From contig JAGVWC010000010.1 in the NCBI GenBank assembly GCA_018304465.1, forward strand, positions 127,211 through 191,210: DNA of 64,000 bases, given 5' to 3'. Position 1 is the stretch's first letter; every line of letters begins with the position of its first letter. The stretch is from Candidatus Iainarchaeum sp. Its GTDB lineage: Archaea; Iainarchaeota; Iainarchaeia; Iainarchaeales; JAGVWC01. A program made the position numbers and the translations under genes. This document shows positions 19,004-27,881 of the stretch, piece after piece. The notes under the pieces were generated by a model. It was not told where the DNA came from, made no database searches, and saw only the letters and a list, made by a program, of their open reading frames with translations.

Positions 19004-19708
19004 ATGCCAAAAAAAATAACCGCACGCAAGCGAAAACCGATTACCCTTATGGATCTCGGTAGCGGACCGACCGCGGATACGGGATGGGATCTCGCAGCCA
19101 ACCGGACAAACAGGCCCGTTTCGAAACACGGGCGATTTGTTTCGGTGGATCTTGAACGGATGTTGCCCGTGAACTCCCGAGGACAATTGTTTACCCAGCC
19201 GCATCATTCGTTCCATCAAACCGATGTATGGGACCATTTTCGGAAAACCCGCTCAAATAGCGTAAAAGTAATCCAAGACTCATACCTACTTGTTTTTTTT
19301 TTAGTCGAAAAAACCTTGTCCGATTCCAAAATGCCGCGAACAGAACACGTTAGTGTGGATTCAGAAAGATACCTAAAACAAGTCCATCGGATTCTGGTTC
19401 CAAACGGGCGTTTTACGATTTATCTCAACCCGATGTATGTCCCGACGGTTCGCAAAGCCCTTGAAAAAACCGGATTTCAGGTGCTGAGCGAAAAAACCCT
19501 CACAGAAGAAGAAATCATGAAAGGAAAATCCGAAACCGCCAAACGGAGACTGATCGAGGTTTCGCCACACCAGGATAGAATCGATGCCGAATTCGCCGCG
19601 AGGGAAAAATACGAAATTTTTTTCAATGCACTTGGACACCCAGGAATAATTGACGCAGAAAAAATTCGGAGAACCGTCCGAATCAACGCGAAAAAACCGG
19701 CACGATAA
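19004..19708 (+). CDS. Class I SAM-dependent methyltransferase
   Basis: Motif I LMDLGSGP; motif post-I/II ILVPNGRFTIY. Internal T11 homopolymer at 19288-19298 is a possible frameshift-prone site. Confidence 0.6.
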   Translation: MPKKITARKRKPITLMDLGSGPTADTGWDLAANRTNRPVSKHGRFVSVDLERMLPVNSRGQLFTQPHHSFHQTDVWDHFRKTRSNSVKVIQDSYLLVFFLVEKTLSDSKMPRTEHVSVDSERYLKQVHRILVPNGRFTIYLNPMYVPTVRKALEKTGFQVLSEKTLTEEEIMKGKSETAKRRLIEVSPHQDRIDAEFAAREKYEIFFNALGHPGIIDAEKIRRTVRINAKKPAR

Positions 19709-19722
19709 GGAAATTTTTCAAA

Positions 19723-20121
19723 TTATTTTCGAGAAAGATGCTTTTTCTTTTGGAATTTTTTCAGAAACGATTTTTCATTCATGTAACCGCGGCAGTTCAA
19801 AGCACCGCACGAACATTTTTCCAATTTATCCGAAATCAATTCATAATCCGCCGTAATTTCCTCGCTGGAAGAAATAGTTCGAACCGCGACGTAAAAAATT
19901 TTCCCGCCCCGAACCGACACTCGAACATTGTTGTCACAGGAATGATTCACAAATTTCGATTCGTTTCCATGGATTCCATCCAGATCATGATAGCGATCCA
20001 AATAGAAAATATAGGTGTCCAAGCCCGATTTTTCCCTGGCCTTGGCTTCTCGCTTATCGATTTTTTCACCCACGTACTCCATGATCACCGTTCCTTTTTT
20101 GATTTTTCGAAGCGCAAACAT
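19723..20121 (-). CDS. SET-domain protein (lysine methyltransferase-like)
   Basis: NHSCDNN (canonical NHSCxPN), EEITADY, and post-SET CSCGALNCRG. The long track ORF (to 20394) overlaps tRNA-Leu, so the start is reset to the ATG at 20121; GTG/TTG alternatives at about 20142-20160 would add VTTKPLFEVRDSPIAGKG. Confidence 0.7.
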   Translation of the reverse strand: MFALRKIKKGTVIMEYVGEKIDKREAKAREKSGLDTYIFYLDRYHDLDGIHGNESKFVNHSCDNNVRVSVRGGKIFYVAVRTISSSEEITADYELISDKLEKCSCGALNCRGYMNEKSFLKKFQKKKHLSRK

Positions 20122-20239
20122 TCCTTTTCCCGCAATCGGAGAATCGCGCACTTCAAACAATGGTTTTGTCGTCACAGGTACCGATACAAGCAATGGAATT
20201 GGGTTTAAAAATGAATCAACAAATATGAAAAAAAGGAAA

Positions 20240-20324
20240 ATGCAGGGAGGCGGAATCGAACCGCCGAACGCACTAAGCGAAAGGATCTTGAGTCCTTCGG
20301 GTTTGACCGCTCCCCAATCCCTGC
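20240..20324 (-). tRNA. tRNA-Leu (anticodon CAA), class II with long variable arm
   Basis: Minus strand GCAGGGA..AAGGA-CUCAAGA-UCCUU..long variable arm..GGCGG-UUCGAUU-CCGCC..UCCCUGC-A; no encoded CCA. Confidence 0.8.
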
Positions 20325-20360
20325 AGAGGAAATACAATCCGAATGTAACAATGAATTCAT

Positions 20361-21041
20361 TCAGGGCAAGGCATAAAAACCTTGTTTTAGCCATTGCTCG
20401 AACTTCGCCAAGTGCTTTGGACTTCGGGGTTCAAGGATAGCGAAAAACGCTTTGGTATTCTTTTTTCCATATAATTCCACTTTATATGAAGGGACTGGAT
20501 TTCTTTTCCTTGGCTTTCCAATAGTTAATCTAAAACAAAATCCGATCCGTTGAAGCCCTGCCTTAAGACCAAGCGCTAATTCAGGAGAAACAGTTGTAAA
20601 GAAAACTCTTGGCCGATGCCGGTGCGTTTTTTTCCATAATACGGAAGACTTGTTATACGATTTTTGAAAATTGATACACCCATCCGTATCGAATAATCCA
20701 CGTGCAAACGGAATAAACAGCTCAGAATTTGATAAAACAAAATCAGGTACTTTTGCTATACGGGCTTTTTTTCCTATTGGTGCCCCAGCAGCGATAAATT
20801 TTTCAATGATCTTTCTTTGACCAATCATCACCCCATACGTCCCCCAGTAAAGAAAATCTCTGGGAAAAACGTCAAAGTCAAGCGATTTTTTGAACAATTC
20901 TTTGATGCGACCCAGGTAATATTCTTTTTCATCTTTTGGATTCCCTGTAATCCACATGGTAATCCCCGTATTCCCACGGCTCATCCACCCATCACCAGTG
21001 AAAGCACCATACAGTTCCGCAAACTCGGGCGTGGTGTTCAT
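20361..21041 (-). CDS. Free-standing LAGLIDADG homing endonuclease (double-motif)
   Basis: Two LAGLIDADG motifs, LYGAFTGDGWMS and GLFDTDGCINF; ~227 aa from the ATG at 21041. Lies 36 nt upstream of tRNA-Leu on the same strand. Confidence 0.8.
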   Translation of the reverse strand: MNTTPEFAELYGAFTGDGWMSRGNTGITMWITGNPKDEKEYYLGRIKELFKKSLDFDVFPRDFLYWGTYGVMIGQRKIIEKFIAAGAPIGKKARIAKVPDFVLSNSELFIPFARGLFDTDGCINFQKSYNKSSVLWKKTHRHRPRVFFTTVSPELALGLKAGLQRIGFCFRLTIGKPRKRNPVPSYKVELYGKKNTKAFFAILEPRSPKHLAKFEQWLKQGFYALP

Positions 21042-21155
21042 GCTACAAAAAAAAGAAAAACCTGCAAAGAATGTTTGCACGCACGTCATTGCCGGTGAAT
21101 CGAAGCTGATTTCCCTAAAGTCGTTACATGCGCAAAATCCAAAAAAGTTGCTACA

Positions 21156-23030
21156 TTACACGCCGTTTTCTTCCACTTGCGTGGATTTCTGGTTTTTGTA
21201 CATTGAAATGATTTCTTTGACCGTGGTCGCGTCTTTTGGGGCTTTGTCAATTCGCAGTCTGATCAAACGCGGAAACCGCAACGCGAATCCTTCGTCGTCT
21301 TTTTGCACGACTCCCGCAGTGTGAACCGGGCTCTTGGTGATTTCGTCCGCGCGCACTTCGGCCACGAGCTTTGGTTCCACCCAAAAATCAGGTTCGAGAT
21401 TCGATTCCACGTTTTTTGGACGCGTTTTTACTTTCAGTTTCGAAAGCGTCGATTCCAAATCCGAAAGCATTTGTTCGGTCATGCCGGTACCGATTTTCGC
21501 GAGTGTTTCAAACCGATCCTTGTCCGGATTATACACGGCCGAAAGCAATCCGCCCAACCCGAACTGGGTTCGCTTACCTTGACCCACGAAATAACCCACG
21601 ATCACGACATCCACAGTATCCGACAACTCGCCTTTGTAGGAACGCTTGAGTTTGATCCACGCGAATTTTCTCGCGCCGGCGATGTACGGCGCGTTCAAAT
21701 CCTTGGCGATGATTCCTTCAAGTCCCTGCGAAACACTTTCGTCAAAAAACTTTTCCAAATCCTCGACTTTTTCGGTGATAATGCTTTTGGTAAGCGAAAT
21801 CCGCTCGCCGGACGCGATGATTTTGGACAATTCCGCGCGACGCTCGACAAACGGCAAAGGCATCAGGTTTTTTCCCTCCAAAAACATCAAGTCAAAACAA
21901 AACAAACGCAGCGGATACTCCGTGCTTTTTTCCGAGACGCCGTATTTTCGCTTGCGCTGAATCGTCACCTGGAACGGAAAAAACTCGCCGGTCTTGACAT
22001 TGAACGCGATGGCTTCGGCTTCGAAAATCGCGGCTTTGGCGATGATCTGGCTCTTGATCGCGTCCACGACTTCCGGAAACATAGCCGTCACGTTTTCGCT
22101 GTTTCGCGAAAAAATCGTGACTTTGTCCCCGCTTTTATGGCACTGCAACCGAAAACCATCGTACTTGGCTTCCACCGCGCACTTGCCCAGTTTTTCAATG
22201 ATTTCAGCAGCGGAAGGCAACCGTTCCGCAGCCGTGGGACGAATCGGAATCCCCGGAACGATCTCGATTGCCGCAAGCCCCGCAAGACCGTTTTCCTTGA
22301 GTTTTTCACTTATTTTTCCAAGATCCGGATACACGTTGTATTTTTCCTCGATCATTTCGCGGATCCGCATGCGAAAACGCCGGTCGCGTTCTTCGATCCA
22401 TTCTTCGGGTTTTTTGTCCTTGTTTACTTTCAGTTCGGATTCGATTTCCTTGGCTTGACGCGAAAAATCCTTCGGAAAATCCGCGACAAACACCAACGCC
22501 ATGGCATCCATGATCGTCGGATCGCCAAGCCCCAAGCGCAATTCTTCCAGGGGAATCCGAACAATGAATTTCGCTTCAAGCGGAGACGCCGAATTCAACA
22601 GTTCCGCGAGCAACTTGATTTTCGATTCCTGGCTTCCGGTTCCTTCGGCACGCGCGATTTTTAGCATGTTGTCGAACACTTTTTTCAACCCCAGTTCCTG
22701 CGAAAAAAAAGCCTGTTGTTTTCTTTTTTTCAAGACTTCCTGGCCAACAAGTCCAAGGTCGCCTAATTTTTTGTAGACCGCGTTGATTTCGGAAACGGGA
22801 AAACCGCTTACCTTGGCGATCGATTGCTCGACAAACCGCTCGCCCATTCCGATCTTGATTCCCGAAAAATCAGGACCCAATTTGCCCTGCAGCAAATACA
22901 CGAGTTCCGCGACTTCGCTTGCATCGGCAGAGGAAAACGCGTCGGACACCAGTTTCATGATTTCCAACCGACCGGATTTTTGTTCGATCGATTCGAAAAC
23001 CTTGGCCACCGAAAGAAACTTCATATTCAC
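21156..23030 (-). CDS. lig: ATP-dependent DNA ligase (archaeal/eukaryal type)
   Basis: Adenylation motif I KYDGFRLQ; EGIIAK and DGE-like motifs present; 624 aa. Confidence 0.9.
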   Translation of the reverse strand: MNMKFLSVAKVFESIEQKSGRLEIMKLVSDAFSSADASEVAELVYLLQGKLGPDFSGIKIGMGERFVEQSIAKVSGFPVSEINAVYKKLGDLGLVGQEVLKKRKQQAFFSQELGLKKVFDNMLKIARAEGTGSQESKIKLLAELLNSASPLEAKFIVRIPLEELRLGLGDPTIMDAMALVFVADFPKDFSRQAKEIESELKVNKDKKPEEWIEERDRRFRMRIREMIEEKYNVYPDLGKISEKLKENGLAGLAAIEIVPGIPIRPTAAERLPSAAEIIEKLGKCAVEAKYDGFRLQCHKSGDKVTIFSRNSENVTAMFPEVVDAIKSQIIAKAAIFEAEAIAFNVKTGEFFPFQVTIQRKRKYGVSEKSTEYPLRLFCFDLMFLEGKNLMPLPFVERRAELSKIIASGERISLTKSIITEKVEDLEKFFDESVSQGLEGIIAKDLNAPYIAGARKFAWIKLKRSYKGELSDTVDVVIVGYFVGQGKRTQFGLGGLLSAVYNPDKDRFETLAKIGTGMTEQMLSDLESTLSKLKVKTRPKNVESNLEPDFWVEPKLVAEVRADEITKSPVHTAGVVQKDDEGFALRFPRLIRLRIDKAPKDATTVKEIISMYKNQKSTQVEENGV

Positions 23031-23064
23031 CAGAATGGAAAAAAGTGGTTAAAATGCCTTTTGC

Positions 23065-23670
23065 CTACACCAAGCGCTTTTTTAGGCGAAAAACACGGTT
23101 TTTTTCCGTTATTTGGTAAAAAATCGTATTGTGAACCTTTAATCGATTCGTCTTTTCTCGGTCCAATCCAAGCAGACATTTTAACAGCAAACGCATCGTA
23201 TTGGCGTGCGTGACCACCACAATGGTTTCCAGACGACTCTTTTTTAGCTTTCGTACAAACGGCCGCACGCGTTTTTCGATTTCCCAATAATTCTCTCCGT
23301 GCAACGGCCGGACTTTGTAATGGTCTTTTCGCCAGTTTCCCACCACGCCCGGAAAACGCGTTTCGATTTCATCCCGGGGTTTTTTTTCCCACCAGCCAAA
23401 ATTCTGCTCGACCAACGCGGGATCAAAAACGATTTTTTTCGAATCAAAATCCAGTTTCTTGCAAAGAATCAGCGCCGTCTCGCGTGCCCGAAACGCGGGA
23501 CTTGCAAACACCCCGTCCACGCGACTGTTTTCTTTCCGAATGACTTTTCCGATCGCCGCGGAATCGCGTTTTCCTTTCAAGGTCAACACCGCATGAGCCC
23601 GACCCGAAAAACGCTCCGCGCGGTTTAAATCCGACTGCCCATGGCGCAAAATCCAAATCGTTTTAGACAA
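23065..23670 (-). CDS. Histidine phosphatase superfamily (phosphoglycerate mutase / alpha-ribazole phosphatase-like)
   Basis: Canonical N-terminal LRHGQSDLN and C-terminal VVTHANTMR motifs. Confidence 0.8.
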   Translation of the reverse strand: MSKTIWILRHGQSDLNRAERFSGRAHAVLTLKGKRDSAAIGKVIRKENSRVDGVFASPAFRARETALILCKKLDFDSKKIVFDPALVEQNFGWWEKKPRDEIETRFPGVVGNWRKDHYKVRPLHGENYWEIEKRVRPFVRKLKKSRLETIVVVTHANTMRLLLKCLLGLDREKTNRLKVHNTIFYQITEKNRVFRLKKRLV

Positions 23671-23676
23671 AACCCA

Positions 23677-24963
23677 TCACTCAATCAACAAAATATCCGA
23701 AAGCGAAGACGCGTGTCGGTTCTCGTTTTTGCGCACCACGCGATCAGAACCCATTCCGATTCCAAGGCCCGATACCCGAAACAAAATCGCTTCGGACGCG
23801 CGCGCGGAAACAACCGCGGTTTCTTCCAGTTTCCAACCTTTTTTTTTCAACCATTTTTTAAACCAACTCAGCAAACTTTCGTTGTCCAAACAGGAGTCCA
23901 CGGCAATGTAATCATCCAAAAGCAACCGATTTGCCAACGATTCCAAACGCGAAGATCCGCCGCCGCCAAGCAAAACCGTGTTAAACCTCCGCTGGCGAAG
24001 CTTTTCAAGGACTTCGGGCACGTTTTTTTTCGGTTCGTCGTTTTCCAACAAAACGCTTTCCGAAAACACGACGTTTTTGAACCGATCGGCCGTCAAACCC
24101 GATTTTTTCAACATGGTTTCAAGCACTTGCTCGGACGTCTTAGCCAATTCTTCCATGCTTCGCTCCTTGTGCACAAGCTCGCCCACATCCACTTCCGCGA
24201 CCCGTTTTCCGTGTCGAATCGCGTCAAGCAAAATCGCGACGTCGATTCCCCACTTGGTTTCAATCCGCAAAGCGGAAAGAAAACTTTTGCGGCAACAAAA
24301 CTGGCCGCTTAACGGCTGGTCAATCTGCGTTCCGGGAAACAAAAGATTCATCATCGGACGCGCGGCCAAAACCGTCAAACGCCCGCGTTTACGCGAAAAA
24401 CTCGCCTTGACCAAATCCGCCTGCTTGTGCAACACCGGCATCGCCAACGCATTGATTTTTTCCGTCGGAAAATTCGACAAATCCGCGTCCAAAAACAACA
24501 GCACGTCATTGGACGCGTTCTCGATTCCAGACTTGATCGCGCGTCCTTTTCCAAAATTTTTCGAATGCGTTACAACCCGAACCCGCTCGATTCCCGCGAC
24601 TTGGGCCGCGGTTCCATCCGTACTACCGTCATCCACGACAATCACCTCGTTGACAAACCGAGACGCAAGACTCGACAACACCACCCGCTTGATGGTTTTT
24701 GCCTCGTTTAACGCCGGAATCACCACCGTGACTTTTTCATGAATGAGCCAGTCGGATGACTTGAACACCGCGCGATTAATGCCTTCCAGCACCGACAACA
24801 AAGAATCCAAAAAACGATTCATAAAAAACCCCGCGAATGTAAGAAAGAAGCCAAAAACCATTAAAAAGACTCTCAAGCAAACAATCCCTAACAGCCTTTT
24901 GATTAATCGATCAAAAGCCTGGGGAAAAAACCGCTTTTTGGGATTTTCGCCAGCCTTTTTCAA
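23677..24963 (-). CDS. Family-2 glycosyltransferase (DPM1/GpgS-like) with N-terminal TM helix and an uncharacterised ~130-aa C-terminal domain
   Basis: VVIPALNEAKTI, DDGSTDGT and LFLDADL (DxD) motifs, followed by a C-terminal G-rich LLGGGGSSRL region. Start sits 10 nt from the divergent tRNA-Pro, so it may lie further downstream. Confidence 0.75.
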   Translation of the reverse strand: MKKAGENPKKRFFPQAFDRLIKRLLGIVCLRVFLMVFGFFLTFAGFFMNRFLDSLLSVLEGINRAVFKSSDWLIHEKVTVVIPALNEAKTIKRVVLSSLASRFVNEVIVVDDGSTDGTAAQVAGIERVRVVTHSKNFGKGRAIKSGIENASNDVLLFLDADLSNFPTEKINALAMPVLHKQADLVKASFSRKRGRLTVLAARPMMNLLFPGTQIDQPLSGQFCCRKSFLSALRIETKWGIDVAILLDAIRHGKRVAEVDVGELVHKERSMEELAKTSEQVLETMLKKSGLTADRFKNVVFSESVLLENDEPKKNVPEVLEKLRQRRFNTVLLGGGGSSRLESLANRLLLDDYIAVDSCLDNESLLSWFKKWLKKKGWKLEETAVVSARASEAILFRVSGLGIGMGSDRVVRKNENRHASSLSDILLIE

Positions 24964-24972
24964 AAAGGCTGT

Positions 24973-25090
24973 GGGGCTGTAGTCTAGCCTGGTAGGACTC
25001 GTGCTTTGGGACAGCTTTTTTGCTGCGGCAAAAAACCTGGGAAAAACTGCAAACCAGCACGAAACCTGAGTTCAAATCTCAGCAGCCCCA
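24973..25090 (+). tRNA. tRNA-Pro (anticodon UGG) with a ~45-nt intron in the anticodon loop
   Basis: GGGGCUG..GUCU/GGAC D-arm..CGUGC-UUUGGG-[intron]-A-GCACG..CUGAG-UUCAAAU-CUCAG-CAGCCCC-A. The 52 nt between the anticodon-stem halves imply an archaeal-type intron after position 37. Confidence 0.7.
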
Positions 25091-25136
25091 AAACAATATC
25101 CGGTTTTAAAACACTCGTACAAGCAAGTAATTGCAC

Positions 25137-25209
25137 GGGGCCGTAGTGTAGCTTGGTATCACTTGAGGCTGGGGGTCTCAAAACCCGAGTTCGAATCTCG
25201 GCGGTCCCA
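25137..25209 (+). tRNA. tRNA-Pro (anticodon GGG)
   Basis: GGGGCCG acceptor; anticodon arm UGAGG-CUGGGGG-UCUCA; T-arm CCGAG-UUCGAAU-CUCGG; 3' CGGUCCC-A. Confidence 0.75.
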
Positions 25210-25340
25210 AACATTTTTTTTCCGAAAAAAAGTCGCGAAAGATTTTTGTTTTCGCCCTTCTTTTTTAAAAAAACCGTTCGCAAACCTTTTTATCCACCAA
25301 CCCCCCACAAAAATGCGGATCGACAAAAAAAGGATTTTTT

Positions 25341-25898
25341 ATGGCCAAAATAAAACGAACACGCCCCCCAAAAAGGCAGACAAGAAAAAGCACCGGACCC
25401 AAAATGCCGACTCGCAGGTCAACGGAACACGAAATCCGAAGGATGCTTCGTCGAGCCGCGCCCCGCGGGACCAGGGCAGCCGAGATGAAAAGCAGACGAT
25501 TGGCTGAAAACCAAGCCATCGAACAAGGCCTTCACCAATTCTCAGCCGATCCGGTGATCGTTGCCATCCAAGAAAAAATCCAAAACCCCGACGTATTCAC
25601 CTTTGCATTTGGCGCACCTGAACTCAATCATATCGCGCTTGGACAACTAGACGAAAAAGAATACCGATACTTGGCTCAACAACACGGCGTCCGATTGAAA
25701 AAAGGACAATCCACCCCGTACCTGGACGGGCTAAAAGCCCAAACGCCTCACCAACCCGCCGCGACAAACGTGCCGGCACCCAAAGAAACCGCTTCGCGAC
25801 GCCCCGCGCGTTTCGCTCGAAAACCAAAACTCGAACAAAAACCCATATTCACGGTTTTTAAAGAAACGCGAACCCAAATAAAACAGAGAAAAACATGA
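25341..25898 (+). CDS. Hypothetical basic protein (Arg/Lys-rich N- and C-termini)
   Basis: 185 aa; stop overlaps the proS start (ATGA), suggesting translational coupling. No motif recognised. Confidence 0.35.
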   Translation: MAKIKRTRPPKRQTRKSTGPKMPTRRSTEHEIRRMLRRAAPRGTRAAEMKSRRLAENQAIEQGLHQFSADPVIVAIQEKIQNPDVFTFAFGAPELNHIALGQLDEKEYRYLAQQHGVRLKKGQSTPYLDGLKAQTPHQPAATNVPAPKETASRRPARFARKPKLEQKPIFTVFKETRTQIKQRKT

Positions 25899-27406
25899 AA
25901 CCCAACGACAAAAAAAACAAGACATCCGAGTCCAAAAACGTTCGCGAAGACAAAGTCATTTTTAATCTTGACAAAGAAACACAGTTTTCCGACTGGTTCA
26001 CCGAAATCATCAAAACCGCGGAACTCGCCGACTTGCGCTACAACATCAAAGGCTTTTTGGTTTTCCAACCGTGGTCGGTTCTTGCCATGGAAGCCATGTA
26101 TGATTATTTCGAACGCGACCTGCAAAAACGCGGACACAAACCCTACTGGTACCCCGCGTTGATTCCGAAATCCAATTTAACCCGCGAATCCGAACACGTC
26201 AAAGGATTCGTACCCGAAGTGTTCTGGGTCACGGAACATGGAAACAACGAAAAACTCGAAGAACCCTACGCGTTACGCCCCACGAGCGAAACCGCGTTTT
26301 ACCCGATGTTTAGCATCTGGGTCCGTTCCTACAAAGACCTCCCGTTTTTGACTTACCAGCGCGCACAGGTCTGGCGATACGAAACCAAAGCCACGCGCCC
26401 GTTTTTACGCAGCCGAGAATTCTACTGGATCGAAACCCACTGCGGATTCAAAAACGCCTCCGACGCGTACCAACACGTACTCGGCGACATGCAGACCACC
26501 GAACGCGTCATGCACCAGATATTCGGAATCCCGTTCATTTTTTTCCAGAGACCCCAATGGGACAAATTCGCCGGCGCCGACAACACGTTTGCCGCGGACA
26601 CGATCATGCCGGATGGAAAAATCATCCAGCAACCCTCAACCCACATGCTCGGAACCCATTTTGCCAAGGCATTCAACGAAAAATTCAACGACGAAAGCGG
26701 ACAAGAACAACTGGTATACAACACCTGTTACGGACCCGCCATCAGCCGCATGTTCGCTTCCGTGATTTCGTTTCACGGAGACAACAAAGGCCTGCGCTTC
26801 CCTTTCGAAATCGCCCCGGTGCAAGTCATTATCACGCCGATCGCGGCACACAAAAATCCTTCCGTTAACGCGAAAGCCCTGCAGCTGCGAAACCAATTAT
26901 TCGACACGGGTTTACGCGTCGAAGTGGATTCGTCCGACAAAATGCCGGGAGAAAAATTCTATTACTGGGAAATGAAAGGAGTCCCGATCCGAATCGAAAT
27001 CGGACCCAAAGAACTCGACAAAAACGTCGTCATGCTGTACCGGCGCGACACCGAAACCAAAACCGAAATCAAGGAAAAAGACTTGCTTAACGCCATCCAA
27101 AAAAACGCTTTCGAACTATCCGCAAATTTGCGAAAACAAGCGGATCAAAAATTCGAAAACGTGATCCGGGACGCCAAAGACCGCAAAGAACTCGAAAAAA
27201 TCGTGAACGACAGGGGATTTTGCCGATGCAACTTCTGTTCCATCAATTTGGACGGCGCCCGATGCGCGGAAACCGTCGAAAAAGAAATCGGAGCGACCGT
27301 ACGCGGAAAACGCATCGACAAAGACGAAAAACCCTTCGGCACCCGCGAATGCGTCATCTGCAAACAAGCCGCCGGCGTCGTAGTGTACATTGGAAAGCAA
27401 TATTAA
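25895..27406 (+). CDS. proS: Prolyl-tRNA synthetase, archaeal/eukaryotic type
   Basis: Class II core, C-terminal zinc-binding domain (CRCNFC...CVICK), and the conserved C-terminal Tyr (..GKQY). Confidence 0.9.
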   Translation: MKPNDKKNKTSESKNVREDKVIFNLDKETQFSDWFTEIIKTAELADLRYNIKGFLVFQPWSVLAMEAMYDYFERDLQKRGHKPYWYPALIPKSNLTRESEHVKGFVPEVFWVTEHGNNEKLEEPYALRPTSETAFYPMFSIWVRSYKDLPFLTYQRAQVWRYETKATRPFLRSREFYWIETHCGFKNASDAYQHVLGDMQTTERVMHQIFGIPFIFFQRPQWDKFAGADNTFAADTIMPDGKIIQQPSTHMLGTHFAKAFNEKFNDESGQEQLVYNTCYGPAISRMFASVISFHGDNKGLRFPFEIAPVQVIITPIAAHKNPSVNAKALQLRNQLFDTGLRVEVDSSDKMPGEKFYYWEMKGVPIRIEIGPKELDKNVVMLYRRDTETKTEIKEKDLLNAIQKNAFELSANLRKQADQKFENVIRDAKDRKELEKIVNDRGFCRCNFCSINLDGARCAETVEKEIGATVRGKRIDKDEKPFGTRECVICKQAAGVVVYIGKQY

Positions 27407-27428
27407 ACCTTTTTCAGTCTTTTTTTGC

Positions 27429-27881
27429 ATGGAAGAATTTTCCCGAACCTTTTCCGCAAGCGCTTACGTGGTCCACGACCAAAAAGTACTCTTGGTGCGC
27501 AACAAAAAACTCGATCTGTGGCTTGCGCCCGGCGGGCACCTGTTGCCAAACGAACTGCCACACATCGGGGCAAAACGCGAAGTCAAAGAAGAAACCGGAT
27601 TAGACATCCGGATTTTTCCAAGCGATGACGAAACTGACATTGACGGCGCAAGCGTCTTACCCAATCCACATCACGTCATCGTGTACAAAATGTGGCCCGG
27701 ACACGAAGTCATCAACATGACGTATTTCGCCAAGCCCGTTTCCGCGATTCTAAAACCAAACGAACGCGAAATCGCCGAGGCTAAATGGGCGGATATTACG
27801 GAACTCGAAAAAATGAATCTTCCAAAAAACACGAAAAAATTCGCGATCGAAGCAATCAAAACCGTTGATGAAAAACCATGA
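27429..27881 (+). CDS. NUDIX hydrolase
   Basis: Nudix box GGHLLPNELPHIGAKREVKEETGLD. The track ORF starts at 27390 overlapping proS; the ATG at 27429 is preferred. Confidence 0.8.
   Translation: MEEFSRTFSASAYVVHDQKVLLVRNKKLDLWLAPGGHLLPNELPHIGAKREVKEETGLDIRIFPSDDETDIDGASVLPNPHHVIVYKMWPGHEVINMTYFAKPVSAILKPNEREIAEAKWADITELEKMNLPKNTKKFAIEAIKTVDEKP

Noticed and set aside
21303-22664. 453-aa + strand ORF
   Set aside because: Antisense to the DNA ligase gene, which has canonical ligase motifs. The + strand protein is Arg/Phe-rich nonsense.
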